The notes beneath the pieces are model-generated. The model was not told the origin of the DNA, ran no database searches, and saw only the letters and a program-made list of their open reading frames with translations. Both the position numbers and the translations under genes were made by a program. DNA of 31,951 nt from positions 1 to 31,951 of the forward strand of contig CAZBNQ010000002.1 in assembly GCA_964493035.1 (NCBI GenBank), written 5' to 3'. The stretch comes from an uncultured Hyphomicrobiales bacterium (GTDB lineage Bacteria; Bacteroidota; Ignavibacteria; Kapaibacteriales; UBA2268). Positions 7,827 through 16,651 of the stretch are shown here, piece by piece (the stretch's first letter is position 1; each line of letters begins with the position of its first letter).

Positions 7827-9188
7827 GTGATTAATGACAATTTCAATAAATACATTGAAATAAATATAGATAAATTGGTTAAAGCCAATTGGAATTATAA
7901 GGAAGATGATGAAGTCAAAAGAACTCAATTGACTGAAAATATCAAAAGAAATGGACAAGTTGAAAACATTCTCATTAGAGAATTAGAATCTGGGTTTTAT
8001 GAAGTTTTGAATGGAAATCATAGGTTAGATGTATTTATTGATCTAAATTACGATAAAGTAATCTGTTATAACTTCGGCAAAATCTCGCTTGCTCAAGCTC
8101 AAAGAATTGCAATTGAAACAAATGAAACAAAATTCCCTTCTAATCCAGAAAAACTGGCAAAACTTATTGAAGAAATCAAGTCTGAGTTTGATTTCGATGA
8201 TTTAAAAACTACTCTTCCATTTACTGATGATGATTTTAGAGATATGGAAGCCCTCGCAAATGGTCTTGCTGATGGCATCCCTGATGATATTAATGATATT
8301 CAGGATGATAATTCTAATATTCCACTTCCGGATGAACCAGAAACAATTCTTGGAGACCTATACGAATTCGAATCTGAAACAGTCAAACATAGATTACTAT
8401 GCGGTGACTCGACCAGCACTGAAGATTTAGATAGATTGATGAACGGTGACTTGGCTCACATGATACATACTGATCCACCCTACAATGTAAAATACGCTGA
8501 ATTCAATAAATCTCGTGGGAATGGTAAAGACTGGACTGATTCATATTGCTCTGCATGGGATGATGATATGAGTGATGATGATTATAAGACATTTTTATTT
8601 AATTTCATCTCAAATGGCAAAAGACACCTTATTGAATACGGTCATTTATATATCTGGCATTCTACTACTTACTATTGTGAATTGCTCGAAGCACTCAGAA
8701 AAGCTCAGATCCCATATGATAAAGTACCCCTGATTTGGGTTAAACAAGTTGCCCCACTCTCATGGGCACGTTATGGCAGAAAGCATGAACCATGCGTATT
8801 TGCAGGCAAAGGTGCTACAACTACTGCAGGTGACGGGGCTCGTTGGTTCGGGCCTAATAATGAAGTTACTATTTGGGAAATTGACAGAGATCATAATGGT
8901 GATTATATTCATCCTACTCAAAAACCACTTGCAATACCTTCTCGAGCCATTAGAAATAGCTCCCGACCTGGTGAAAATGTACTTGACTTGTTTATGGGAT
9001 CAGGCAGCACGTTCATTGCGTCAGATATACTTCACCGTAATTCATTCGGAATGGAGCTTGAACCAAAATTCTGCGATGTAATTGTAATGAGATACGCTAA
9101 ACATAAAACTAAACAAAATCAATCATTCAAAATATTTAAAAACGGACAGGATATTACTAATCACATTATTAATAAAATAAGTGAATAA
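7827..9188 (+). CDS. ParB/Srx-domain DNA amino-methyltransferase (N6A/N4C)
   Basis: EVLNGNHRL (ParB/Srx), TDPPYN (motif IV), HPTQKP, LDLFMGSGST (SAM-binding). Confidence 0.9.
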   Translation: MINDNFNKYIEINIDKLVKANWNYKEDDEVKRTQLTENIKRNGQVENILIRELESGFYEVLNGNHRLDVFIDLNYDKVICYNFGKISLAQAQRIAIETNETKFPSNPEKLAKLIEEIKSEFDFDDLKTTLPFTDDDFRDMEALANGLADGIPDDINDIQDDNSNIPLPDEPETILGDLYEFESETVKHRLLCGDSTSTEDLDRLMNGDLAHMIHTDPPYNVKYAEFNKSRGNGKDWTDSYCSAWDDDMSDDDYKTFLFNFISNGKRHLIEYGHLYIWHSTTYYCELLEALRKAQIPYDKVPLIWVKQVAPLSWARYGRKHEPCVFAGKGATTTAGDGARWFGPNNEVTIWEIDRDHNGDYIHPTQKPLAIPSRAIRNSSRPGENVLDLFMGSGSTFIASDILHRNSFGMELEPKFCDVIVMRYAKHKTKQNQSFKIFKNGQDITNHIINKISE

Positions 9189-9795
9189 CATGGGTAGGCC
9201 TAGAAATCCAAATAAAAAAAATAGACAACTCGTTGCTCCGGAATGGAGCATTCAGCCCAAAGAAAAGCCTGAAAACTTCGAGATGTTTAAGATGTATAGA
9301 ACCATGAAAAAAGGGCGGTCTTTAGAGGCCGTCCTTCGATCAATCGGTACTCCGGATCATCTACTTAAAAATAGAATTGGATGGATTTGCAGAATTGCAG
9401 CAGATTGGAGATGGGTTGAGAGGTGCGAACTATACGAAAAATGGCTTGATGATCAGCTTATTGAATCTGAAGTTCAAGCAAGAAGAGATATGAAAAAGCG
9501 ACATTTGAAACTTGCCATGAGTGCTCAAGTAGCTACAGCAGGTATTATCAAGGAATTTGTTGAACTTAAAGAAAATAAAAAAATCTCACTTGATAAAATG
9601 AAATCAACTGATGCTTTCCAATCTCTATTCAAATCAATTGAAAAATTGATTTCTGCTTCTGAATTCGAACGCAAAGTACGAGGCGAACCTGATTCAGTCT
9701 CAGTTGTTCACAATACTCATCAAGACTATGATGAAATGAGTCATGATGAATTATTACAAAAGGCTAAAGATCATGGATTTGTCAAATCTAAATAA
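9181..9795 (+). CDS. terS: Putative terminase small subunit
   Basis: Directly upstream of TerL; F-x-x-Y...RSL-x-x-V...W-x-W-x-ER helical motif; start may be ATG 9190. Confidence 0.65.
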   Translation: MNNMGRPRNPNKKNRQLVAPEWSIQPKEKPENFEMFKMYRTMKKGRSLEAVLRSIGTPDHLLKNRIGWICRIAADWRWVERCELYEKWLDDQLIESEVQARRDMKKRHLKLAMSAQVATAGIIKEFVELKENKKISLDKMKSTDAFQSLFKSIEKLISASEFERKVRGEPDSVSVVHNTHQDYDEMSHDELLQKAKDHGFVKSK

Positions 9796-11440
9796 CAATG
9801 AACTCGATAAACTCTTATCAGCGCTAAGAAAATCTTATGCGCGGAAGAATCTTATTGACTTCACTGGATACACATTTGACAGATATCAGCCAAACTGGCA
9901 TCATTATCTTATCGCAGATCGATTAGAAATGCTTGCCACAGGCAAAATTAAACGGCTTATTATTAATATGCCACCAAGACACGGGAAATCAGAGTTAGTA
10001 TCTATTCGATTTCCCGCTTGGTACCTCGGCAATAAACCTCACAAACACATTATTGCTACATCTTACAATGCCTCTCTAGCTGCAGATTTCGGTAAAAAAG
10101 CACGTAACGTAGTTGCTTCTATCGAATTTAAAGAGGTCTTCAGACACGCCAAATTATCTGAAGAATCCGCTGCTAAACTCAATTGGACACTTGAGGAAAG
10201 CTTCAGCAACAAACCTTGTCCATCTTGCGGATCAATAAACTGGCAAAAGAAAGCTTTTGGACGTGCTATTTGTAAGTCTTGCGGTGCTCTCGGGGAGTTT
10301 GCAGGATCCAGAACACTTGGTGCTTATTATGGTGCCGGTGTTGGTGGTGGTATCACAGGTAAAGGTGCTGATTTACTTATTGTCGATGACCCGGTTAAAG
10401 ATAGAAAAGAAGCTCAATCCGAAGTATATCGAAAGAATGTTTGGGATTGGTTTACTTCTGCAGCCTACCCCAGATTGCAAGGTGATAGCCTCGTTTGTAT
10501 TTGCCAGACAAGATGGCATGAAGATGACTTGACAGGCAAAGTAATTAATTATAAATTTGGTGATGAACCTTGGCATGTACTATCTCTTAAAGCTATAGCT
10601 GAAGAAGATGAAGAATATGAAATATTTAATCCTGACTACATTGAAGCACTTGGAACCAACAAAGTTTTCAGATCCAAAGGTGAGGCATTGTGGGCTAGTC
10701 AATTCCCCATCAAAAGACTGTTAGAATTTAAAGCTGGTTCTTCATATGAGTTTAATGCTCAATATCAGCAATCCCCACAACCAGCCTCAGGCGGATTGTT
10801 TAAACGTCATAATGCTCGATATGCGGACCAGATTGTAGGTGGATATTATAACTTACATGACGGACCAAATACAAAAGTTGTATCCATTGCTAATTGTTAT
10901 AAATTCGCTACTATGGATTTAGCTTATAAAGAAAAAGAATCTGCCGACTATACTGTAATCGCCACCTGGCTTCTTACTCCTGATAACGACTTAATACTTG
11001 ATGATATATATCGTGAACGTATAGATGGTGCTGAACACATGAATTTAATTTGGCAAGTATTTCATAAAAATCACCCATCAGTTATTATCGTTGAAGACTA
11101 TGCTTACCAGACTTCATTACTTCAAACAGCTGTAAATAATGGATTGCCGGCACAAGGTTTAGGTGGAGGCAAGGGCGATAAATTTACAAAAGCCATACCA
11201 ATTGCAGGCATGTTCGAAATGCATAAAGTATTCTTCAACAGAAATATTCCTATCATTGATGATATTTTGTATGAATTAGCAACATTCCCAACTGGCAAGA
11301 ATGATGATATTGTCGACGTTTGCTCATTTGCAGGTCTGCATATTTCTAATATTGCATTATTAAAATCTGTTCCATTGGCAACTAAAGATAGAAATATTCC
11401 CAATTTTAGTAATAAAAGACAATTTTACAAACAATTATAA
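9743..11440 (+). CDS. terL: Terminase large subunit
   Basis: MPPRHGKS Walker A, LLIVDDP Walker B, QTRWHEDDL, nuclease MDLA...ADYT, KNDDIVD. Confidence 0.95.
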   Translation: MMNYYKRLKIMDLSNLNNNELDKLLSALRKSYARKNLIDFTGYTFDRYQPNWHHYLIADRLEMLATGKIKRLIINMPPRHGKSELVSIRFPAWYLGNKPHKHIIATSYNASLAADFGKKARNVVASIEFKEVFRHAKLSEESAAKLNWTLEESFSNKPCPSCGSINWQKKAFGRAICKSCGALGEFAGSRTLGAYYGAGVGGGITGKGADLLIVDDPVKDRKEAQSEVYRKNVWDWFTSAAYPRLQGDSLVCICQTRWHEDDLTGKVINYKFGDEPWHVLSLKAIAEEDEEYEIFNPDYIEALGTNKVFRSKGEALWASQFPIKRLLEFKAGSSYEFNAQYQQSPQPASGGLFKRHNARYADQIVGGYYNLHDGPNTKVVSIANCYKFATMDLAYKEKESADYTVIATWLLTPDNDLILDDIYRERIDGAEHMNLIWQVFHKNHPSVIIVEDYAYQTSLLQTAVNNGLPAQGLGGGKGDKFTKAIPIAGMFEMHKVFFNRNIPIIDDILYELATFPTGKNDDIVDVCSFAGLHISNIALLKSVPLATKDRNIPNFSNKRQFYKQL

Positions 11441-11449
11441 AAGTGAATT

Positions 11450-13063
11450 ATGATATTTCTTCCAAATGGCGCAATCGCAAAAAGCCAATATGATAAATCA
11501 AGCTTGAAATCCAAGCTGAAACTTCTAGACCAAATGTATAGCCGTTTATACAATATCATCCCCAATCCTGATAATAGAATCAGATCTGAAGGGATGGCTG
11601 TATATGATAAAACAATCGATGATCCTGTAGTAGGTGGATCAATAGATACTATTATGGAGTCTGTAAAATCACTCGAATATAAAATTGAACCTAATGGTGC
11701 AAATGCTAAAGAAATTGATATCATAAAAGAGTTTTTAATAAATTTGATTGATGACAATATCTTCGGCAAAATAGTAAATGCCATGTTCTATGGGAATCAA
11801 TATATCGATGTGGTTTGGGACGACTCTACCGGATATCTTAGCCCTATAATTGCAGAATCCCGTCCACATGAACATTTTGTTTACAAATTAAATGAAGACC
11901 AGACTAATTTTGAACTTCATTACTATCCTGAAGGTAGTTTTTTGAATTCAATCCCAATACCAAATTACAAAATTTTAGTCCCTACTTTTAAAGATACTTC
12001 TAAAAATCCATACGGAAAAGGCTTGCTCTCAAGTTGTTATAAGTCTGCTTTCATCAAGAATAACGCTTGGGATTTGTGGGCAATTTTTGTAGAAGATCAT
12101 GGTATGCCTAAAATCGATGCCTCTATAAGTATGGGATTAGCCAATACTCTAAAATCTCAATTTCAGTTAGATGATACTCAGCTTGTAAACATGATACAAG
12201 AACAATTACAGACACTTAGACAAGATGGAGTATTTACTCACTATGAAGGTATATCTGTAAATCCTTTATCAACTGGCAAATCAGATGATGGTGTTACACA
12301 TAAAGATTTGATGGATTATTGTGATAAGCAAATTGCTATACTTCTATTAGGTCATAATGGTTCTTCTCAATCTACACCCGGCAAACTTGGTAGCGAGGAT
12401 ATGGCTTATACTGTGCTTGATTCTCGTATTAGAAGTTATGGCAATTTTGTTGCTGCTAATTTAAATAAGTTAATAGCATGGTTCCATGAACTGAATTTCA
12501 ACGTTGGAAAAGCTCCAAAAATCGAACTTTACCAGAAAGATGGATTATCGAAATACAAGCAACGTGCAGAAGTTGACCAAATTCTTACAACTATGGGATT
12601 ACAGTTAACTGCAGATTATTTCTCTGAAAACTACAATATCGACAAAAAATATATTGTCGGTTTTAGTCAAGCATCTACAACAAGTGAGCCCCCTGCACCA
12701 CCACCCAAAAAAGCTGATGTCAAGAAAAATCACTCCTGCTCATGTGATCACAAATTCGAAAATGCTTCAAAAATGGAAGAGAGTGAGGACATTCTTGATG
12801 CACTTGATGGTTTATCCGAACACATCATTAATTTAGATGAATATCAATCAATTCATGATGACACGTTAGCAAAAATTATAAAATTTGTAAACTCTTGTGA
12901 TAACTATGAAGATATGCAAGAGGGCATTATTGACTTATATCCTACATTAGATTATAAAAAATTACGAAACATCTTAACTAATATGATGCTTATTTCAAGT
13001 GTTTTAGGCGAATCAATTGTAAATACTGAGGTTGAAGATGGCAAGACCAAAGATAACAAGTAA
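11450..13063 (+). CDS. Portal protein, Mu gp29-like (DUF935)
   Basis: W-x-x-F-x-E-x-x-GMP, DYCDKQIAILLLGH, GKLG motifs; follows TerL. Confidence 0.85.
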   Translation: MIFLPNGAIAKSQYDKSSLKSKLKLLDQMYSRLYNIIPNPDNRIRSEGMAVYDKTIDDPVVGGSIDTIMESVKSLEYKIEPNGANAKEIDIIKEFLINLIDDNIFGKIVNAMFYGNQYIDVVWDDSTGYLSPIIAESRPHEHFVYKLNEDQTNFELHYYPEGSFLNSIPIPNYKILVPTFKDTSKNPYGKGLLSSCYKSAFIKNNAWDLWAIFVEDHGMPKIDASISMGLANTLKSQFQLDDTQLVNMIQEQLQTLRQDGVFTHYEGISVNPLSTGKSDDGVTHKDLMDYCDKQIAILLLGHNGSSQSTPGKLGSEDMAYTVLDSRIRSYGNFVAANLNKLIAWFHELNFNVGKAPKIELYQKDGLSKYKQRAEVDQILTTMGLQLTADYFSENYNIDKKYIVGFSQASTTSEPPAPPPKKADVKKNHSCSCDHKFENASKMEESEDILDALDGLSEHIINLDEYQSIHDDTLAKIIKFVNSCDNYEDMQEGIIDLYPTLDYKKLRNILTNMMLISSVLGESIVNTEVEDGKTKDNK

Positions 13064-13730
13064 AGACATCATCTATTGCTTTAGCCTTCCACCTGAAGAA
13101 GCTATCGAGTATTTTAAAAAACTTGGTTTAGCTCCTTCTGATAACTGGATAGACACATACAATGCTGTAATGAATGATGCATTTGCTATTGCGGGCCAAA
13201 AGAATATGGATATTATTCAAGCCTGCTCTGACTTTATCGCTGGTGCAATTGAATCAGGTATCAGTCTGGATAAATGCAAAAAAGGACTTGAAAAAATAGT
13301 TACTCTACGTGATTGGCATAGAGATTTAGTCATCCAGCAAAACATTTCGAATTCTTACAATGCCGGTAGGTACACTAAGCAACAAGAATTAGCTGATACA
13401 GTTCCCTATTTGGTCCCAAAACTTGGCAATCGGTTAAATCATACTGCAGGATGTCTTTGGCTTATCGGCAATAAGATGTGTATTAGGGCTGATGACCCGG
13501 ACATTAAACTAATTTACAGCCCTAGACACTTCAGATGCTCACTCTATTGGCTGTCAATTACGGAATTTAGACGTAAAAGTTTAGGACTTAAAGTTGTTAA
13601 GGTTAAAGATATACCTAAAGCATATCTTAATGAAAAGCATTTTCAAAGAACTCCAAGTTCCGGATCGTACACGCCTGATCCAAGTAAGTATAATGAAAAA
13701 TTGTATGAATATTTCAAGAAATCAAAATGA
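13038..13730 (+). CDS. Mu gp30/F-like head morphogenesis (minor head) protein
   Basis: FSLPPEEAIEYF...AFAIAG...SYNAGRY; ATG 13038 with a GAGG SD. Confidence 0.75.
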   Translation: MARPKITSKDIIYCFSLPPEEAIEYFKKLGLAPSDNWIDTYNAVMNDAFAIAGQKNMDIIQACSDFIAGAIESGISLDKCKKGLEKIVTLRDWHRDLVIQQNISNSYNAGRYTKQQELADTVPYLVPKLGNRLNHTAGCLWLIGNKMCIRADDPDIKLIYSPRHFRCSLYWLSITEFRRKSLGLKVVKVKDIPKAYLNEKHFQRTPSSGSYTPDPSKYNEKLYEYFKKSK

Positions 13731-14281
13731 GTGTGAATTTAATATTAGCTGAAGCAGAAGATGCCATATCTTCGTTGTTTTACTCAAGACAACGTAATAT
13801 GTCACAATTTTATCGTGGTGTCGGTGAAATATTACTATATTCATTATCAGAACAATTTGATTCAGAAGGTGTAAGATACTATGGTAAAAGATGGGAGCCA
13901 TTAGCAAAATCAACAAAAGAAGACAGAATTGCAAAAGGTTTTAGTGCCTCTGGCATACTTAATCGACGTGGTGGTTATGCAGGTTTAGCAGGTTCTTTCA
14001 CTTCTAAAATTTTTAGTGATGGAGTCTCTATTGGTACAAATTATGAATATGCTGCAATCCATCACTTTGGTGGAGTAATTTCCCATCCGGGTGGCACACC
14101 TTTTAAATTTGCTAAAAATGGTATTATTGTTTTTGTTAAAAAATCAACCAAAAATCCAGCTGGTTTTACACGCCCTCACAAAATTAGAATACCTGCAAGA
14201 CCAATATTCCCAAAAACTCTACCTCAAGAAGATATCGATGATATCATAGCTTTGTATTCACAAATAATGGGTTGGTCCTAA
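13727..14281 (+). CDS. Mu gpG-like virion morphogenesis/tail completion protein
   Basis: F-x-x-EG...WEPLAKST...IGTNYEYAAIHHFGG...IPARP. Confidence 0.85.
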   Translation: MSVNLILAEAEDAISSLFYSRQRNMSQFYRGVGEILLYSLSEQFDSEGVRYYGKRWEPLAKSTKEDRIAKGFSASGILNRRGGYAGLAGSFTSKIFSDGVSIGTNYEYAAIHHFGGVISHPGGTPFKFAKNGIIVFVKKSTKNPAGFTRPHKIRIPARPIFPKTLPQEDIDDIIALYSQIMGWS

Positions 14282-14625
14282 TTACCAACCCATTCTCCTG
14301 TTTGAATCTTTGGAAACTCTAATTTCCTATCTGTTAAATATATCCAAGCATCTACTTTTTTCATTTCCGAGTCAAATACGGGAGTTAATTCTCTTTTATA
14401 ATGCGTTGGATGCCCTTCCAATTTATCTAACTTCGCAAGTGTGAATGAATCTACTTCGTATAATTCTCCTTTGGCAATTCCACACCCTCGCTGTGCGTAT
14501 GGAAAATATCTCCCATCAAATAAAATTATACCTGGTGCTTTTGCTCTTTTGGGCTCATACCCTTCCAAAAATCTATGATTGCTCTTACCTTGCTTCAATG
14601 TTCCATATACAAATATCTTATGCAT
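14278..14625 (-). CDS. Gamma-glutamylcyclotransferase (AIG2/GGACT-like)
   Basis: IFVYGTLKQGKSNH, GELYEVD, LDKLEGHP-x-x-Y-x-R. Confidence 0.9.
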   Translation of the reverse strand: MHKIFVYGTLKQGKSNHRFLEGYEPKRAKAPGIILFDGRYFPYAQRGCGIAKGELYEVDSFTLAKLDKLEGHPTHYKRELTPVFDSEMKKVDAWIYLTDRKLEFPKIQTGEWVGN

Positions 14626-14860
14626 TCCCCTTTTCCTCCTTTACAAACTCGTATTCAATTAAATCTTCAACAAATTCCTTGATTGTTTCATATCTAATTT
14701 TCGCTCCATTCTGAAATTTGCAAGCTGCTGCAGTGTTTTTCATGAACACTTTGACATCTTCATCATATCCAAATAGTGAAGAATGGTTTAATTGTTCTAC
14801 CAAATCAGCATCATCCATGGCGAATACTGTCCCACCACCGAGCAATTTATATGTCTTCAT
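14618..14860 (-). CDS. Small hypothetical protein of the amidoligase cassette
   Basis: SD AAGGA; 8-nt overlap with GGCT; leader similar to that of the amidoligase gene. Confidence 0.75.
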   Translation of the reverse strand: MKTYKLLGGGTVFAMDDADLVEQLNHSSLFGYDEDVKVFMKNTAAACKFQNGAKIRYETIKEFVEDLIEYEFVKEEKGNA

Positions 14861-14905
14861 TTTATTTAAGTCCTTATTATTAATAGAAAAATAAAAAAAT
14901 ATTTT

Positions 14906-14935
14906 GAGAAAAACAACTGGCTTTTATGCCAGTTG
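14906..14935 (-). terminator. Intrinsic terminator-like hairpin over the amidoligase stop codon
   Basis: CAACTGGC-6nt-GCCAGTTG 8-bp stem followed by TTTTT on the minus strand. Confidence 0.55.
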
Positions 14936-15892
14936 AATTCTCCTGTTTTCAATGTAACTTATTAGCTCACCTGGTAAAAACTTTACCAAGGTTGAATCAT
15001 CTGCTTGATCGATTTTTGTTGTTTTTGAGTAATCAACCAATCTTGCTAAAAACAAAATCCAGTTAGAAATTTTATCGAATTCAATTGTACCGGAATGTTG
15101 TCTGAATTCTACTGTTCTGTGTCTCCAGTAAGATTCTATATTGATTTTAAAAAATCTTGAATGTAAGTTTAATGTGTTTTTAATTTTTGTAAGCATTTCC
15201 GAAATGTCTCTTCCGTTCACGCTTGCAATTTTTTCTTTTATATTTTCTACTCTAATCGATTTTGCGTAATAAGCATTATTCGCTCTTCTCGATTCTGGCA
15301 TAAAAGAATCAATAATTATTTCTAATTCAGCATAATTTATTAATAAATTTTTCCATGTTTTTTTTGTAAAATTTGAAGTGTCAAAGTGGATGTGCAATCC
15401 GCAAGTTTTATTGACTTTTGCTCTTTTATTTTTCAATGCTCTGCAAACCCTTTGAAGTTGATTTAATCCATCCTGACCTTCTAATACAGGGCTTACCAAT
15501 TCAAAAGGATATTTTCCGGTTATTGATGAATCGCTTACAATCTTCCAATTATCTCTGGTTATGTGGTTGTATGCCTCTGCATTGACCGAAATTCCTTCTG
15601 CAGTCAAAGCCTGCATTAAATTATTTATCTCAACTCCGTAAGCCTCAATCTCAACTCCAAATTTTAAGTTAAAAACAAAATCGTTTACTCTGTATATTGC
15701 ATCTTCAATCATCTCTGCAAAAGTTCTGCGTCTGATTTTTTCTGGATAAGTTTGAGCAAAAACATTCTGAACAAAACCGTATCCTACACCCATCAATTGT
15801 GAAACCTGACTTCTTGTAAATCCTAACTCAAACAACATTTGCATTTTCTTAGTCTTGCTTAAGTTGCTGTTTAAAATTTCTTCTTTTGTCAT
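14924..15892 (-). CDS. COOH-NH2 amidoligase type 2 with an N-terminal HTH
   Basis: FGVEIE, SDSSI, ELVSPVL, TCGLHIH, TVEFRQHSGT; N-terminal LFELGFTRSQVSQLMGVGYGFVQNV is HTH-like. Confidence 0.9.
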   Translation of the reverse strand: MTKEEILNSNLSKTKKMQMLFELGFTRSQVSQLMGVGYGFVQNVFAQTYPEKIRRRTFAEMIEDAIYRVNDFVFNLKFGVEIEAYGVEINNLMQALTAEGISVNAEAYNHITRDNWKIVSDSSITGKYPFELVSPVLEGQDGLNQLQRVCRALKNKRAKVNKTCGLHIHFDTSNFTKKTWKNLLINYAELEIIIDSFMPESRRANNAYYAKSIRVENIKEKIASVNGRDISEMLTKIKNTLNLHSRFFKINIESYWRHRTVEFRQHSGTIEFDKISNWILFLARLVDYSKTTKIDQADDSTLVKFLPGELISYIENRRIQLA

Positions 15893-15935
15893 TTTCTTCT
15901 AAGTCCTTTATTATCAATTGTTTAATTAACTTGAT

Positions 15936-15975
15936 GACAACTTAAGACAATTAAAGAACTAATGCAAGTTATATC
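15936..15975 (-). promoter_or_regulatory. Sigma70-like promoter, copy 1 of a conserved promoter motif
   Basis: GATATAACTTG-N19-TTAAGTTGTC, containing TTGCAT-17-TAAGTT. Confidence 0.7.
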
Positions 15976-16014
15976 TCTATATATTTCAAGTATTTGCAAG
16001 ATTTTTTACAAATT

Positions 16015-16038
16015 AAAAAAGCCGTCTTTCAACGGCTT
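16015..16038 (-). terminator. Intrinsic terminator closing the early operon after the Mor-like gene
   Basis: AAGCCGT-6nt-ACGGCTT with a T6 tract on the minus strand. Confidence 0.75.
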
Positions 16039-16080
16039 GCAGTGTACTCTATTTTTTTATTATGTTTTATTAATTTATAT

Positions 16081-16374
16081 CTACCTTCTTCTTTTCTGAT
16101 TTTCTTCCTTTATCTCCCTAATAAATTGTCTAACAACATCGACTGGTCTATCGATATTTCGGGATAGTATACTTGGTTCCTTATCAATGTTTTTGGCTAT
16201 ATATCTTTTTAATACATCATTCATATAGTTAATCTTTGGGAGCTGTATCTTATGTCCGTCCCAAACGCGAAGTATTGATCTGACAACATCAAGATTACTC
16301 TCTTCAGCAAGTATCTTCAAGTCTAGTGGCAGATCATCCACCGTTAAGTTCTCAAGGATTTTATCTACTTCCAT
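16081..16374 (-). CDS. Mor/C-like late transcription activator
   Basis: DDLPLDLKILAEE...VVRSILRVWDGHKIQLPK followed by a C-terminal HTH; last gene of the early operon. Confidence 0.65.
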   Translation of the reverse strand: MEVDKILENLTVDDLPLDLKILAEESNLDVVRSILRVWDGHKIQLPKINYMNDVLKRYIAKNIDKEPSILSRNIDRPVDVVRQFIREIKEENQKRRR

Positions 16375-16651
16375 ATGTGCCTGTATTAATATTATTAATA
16401 ATCTTTTTTACTTGATCTAACGAGTCTGCGACTATTGCTATCCCGTCACTTTTATGTATTTTATCAATATTATATTCTTGTAATTTTGTTGCTTTTTTAC
16501 CAGTGTCTTTTACCTCAATAGCAAGGAATCTACCCTTATAACATGCCAATAGATCTGGGACGCCCGTCTGATTGGCAAGAACTATTTTAACTACATAAGC
16601 TCCTTGTTCTATCAAATAGTCCTTGATTTTCTTCTGTATTTTCGACTCCAT
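16361..16651 (-). CDS. VRR-NUC nuclease (PD-(D/E)XK, Holliday-junction-resolvase-like)
   Basis: ESKIQ...GVPDLL...FLAIEVK...LQEY. Confidence 0.9.
   Translation of the reverse strand: MESKIQKKIKDYLIEQGAYVVKIVLANQTGVPDLLACYKGRFLAIEVKDTGKKATKLQEYNIDKIHKSDGIAIVADSLDQVKKIINNINTGTYGSR

Noticed and set aside
7653-7958. 101-aa minus-strand ORF with RNFRLEI repeats
   Set aside because: It is the translation of the 12-bp array and the antisense of the methylase start; no SD or family features
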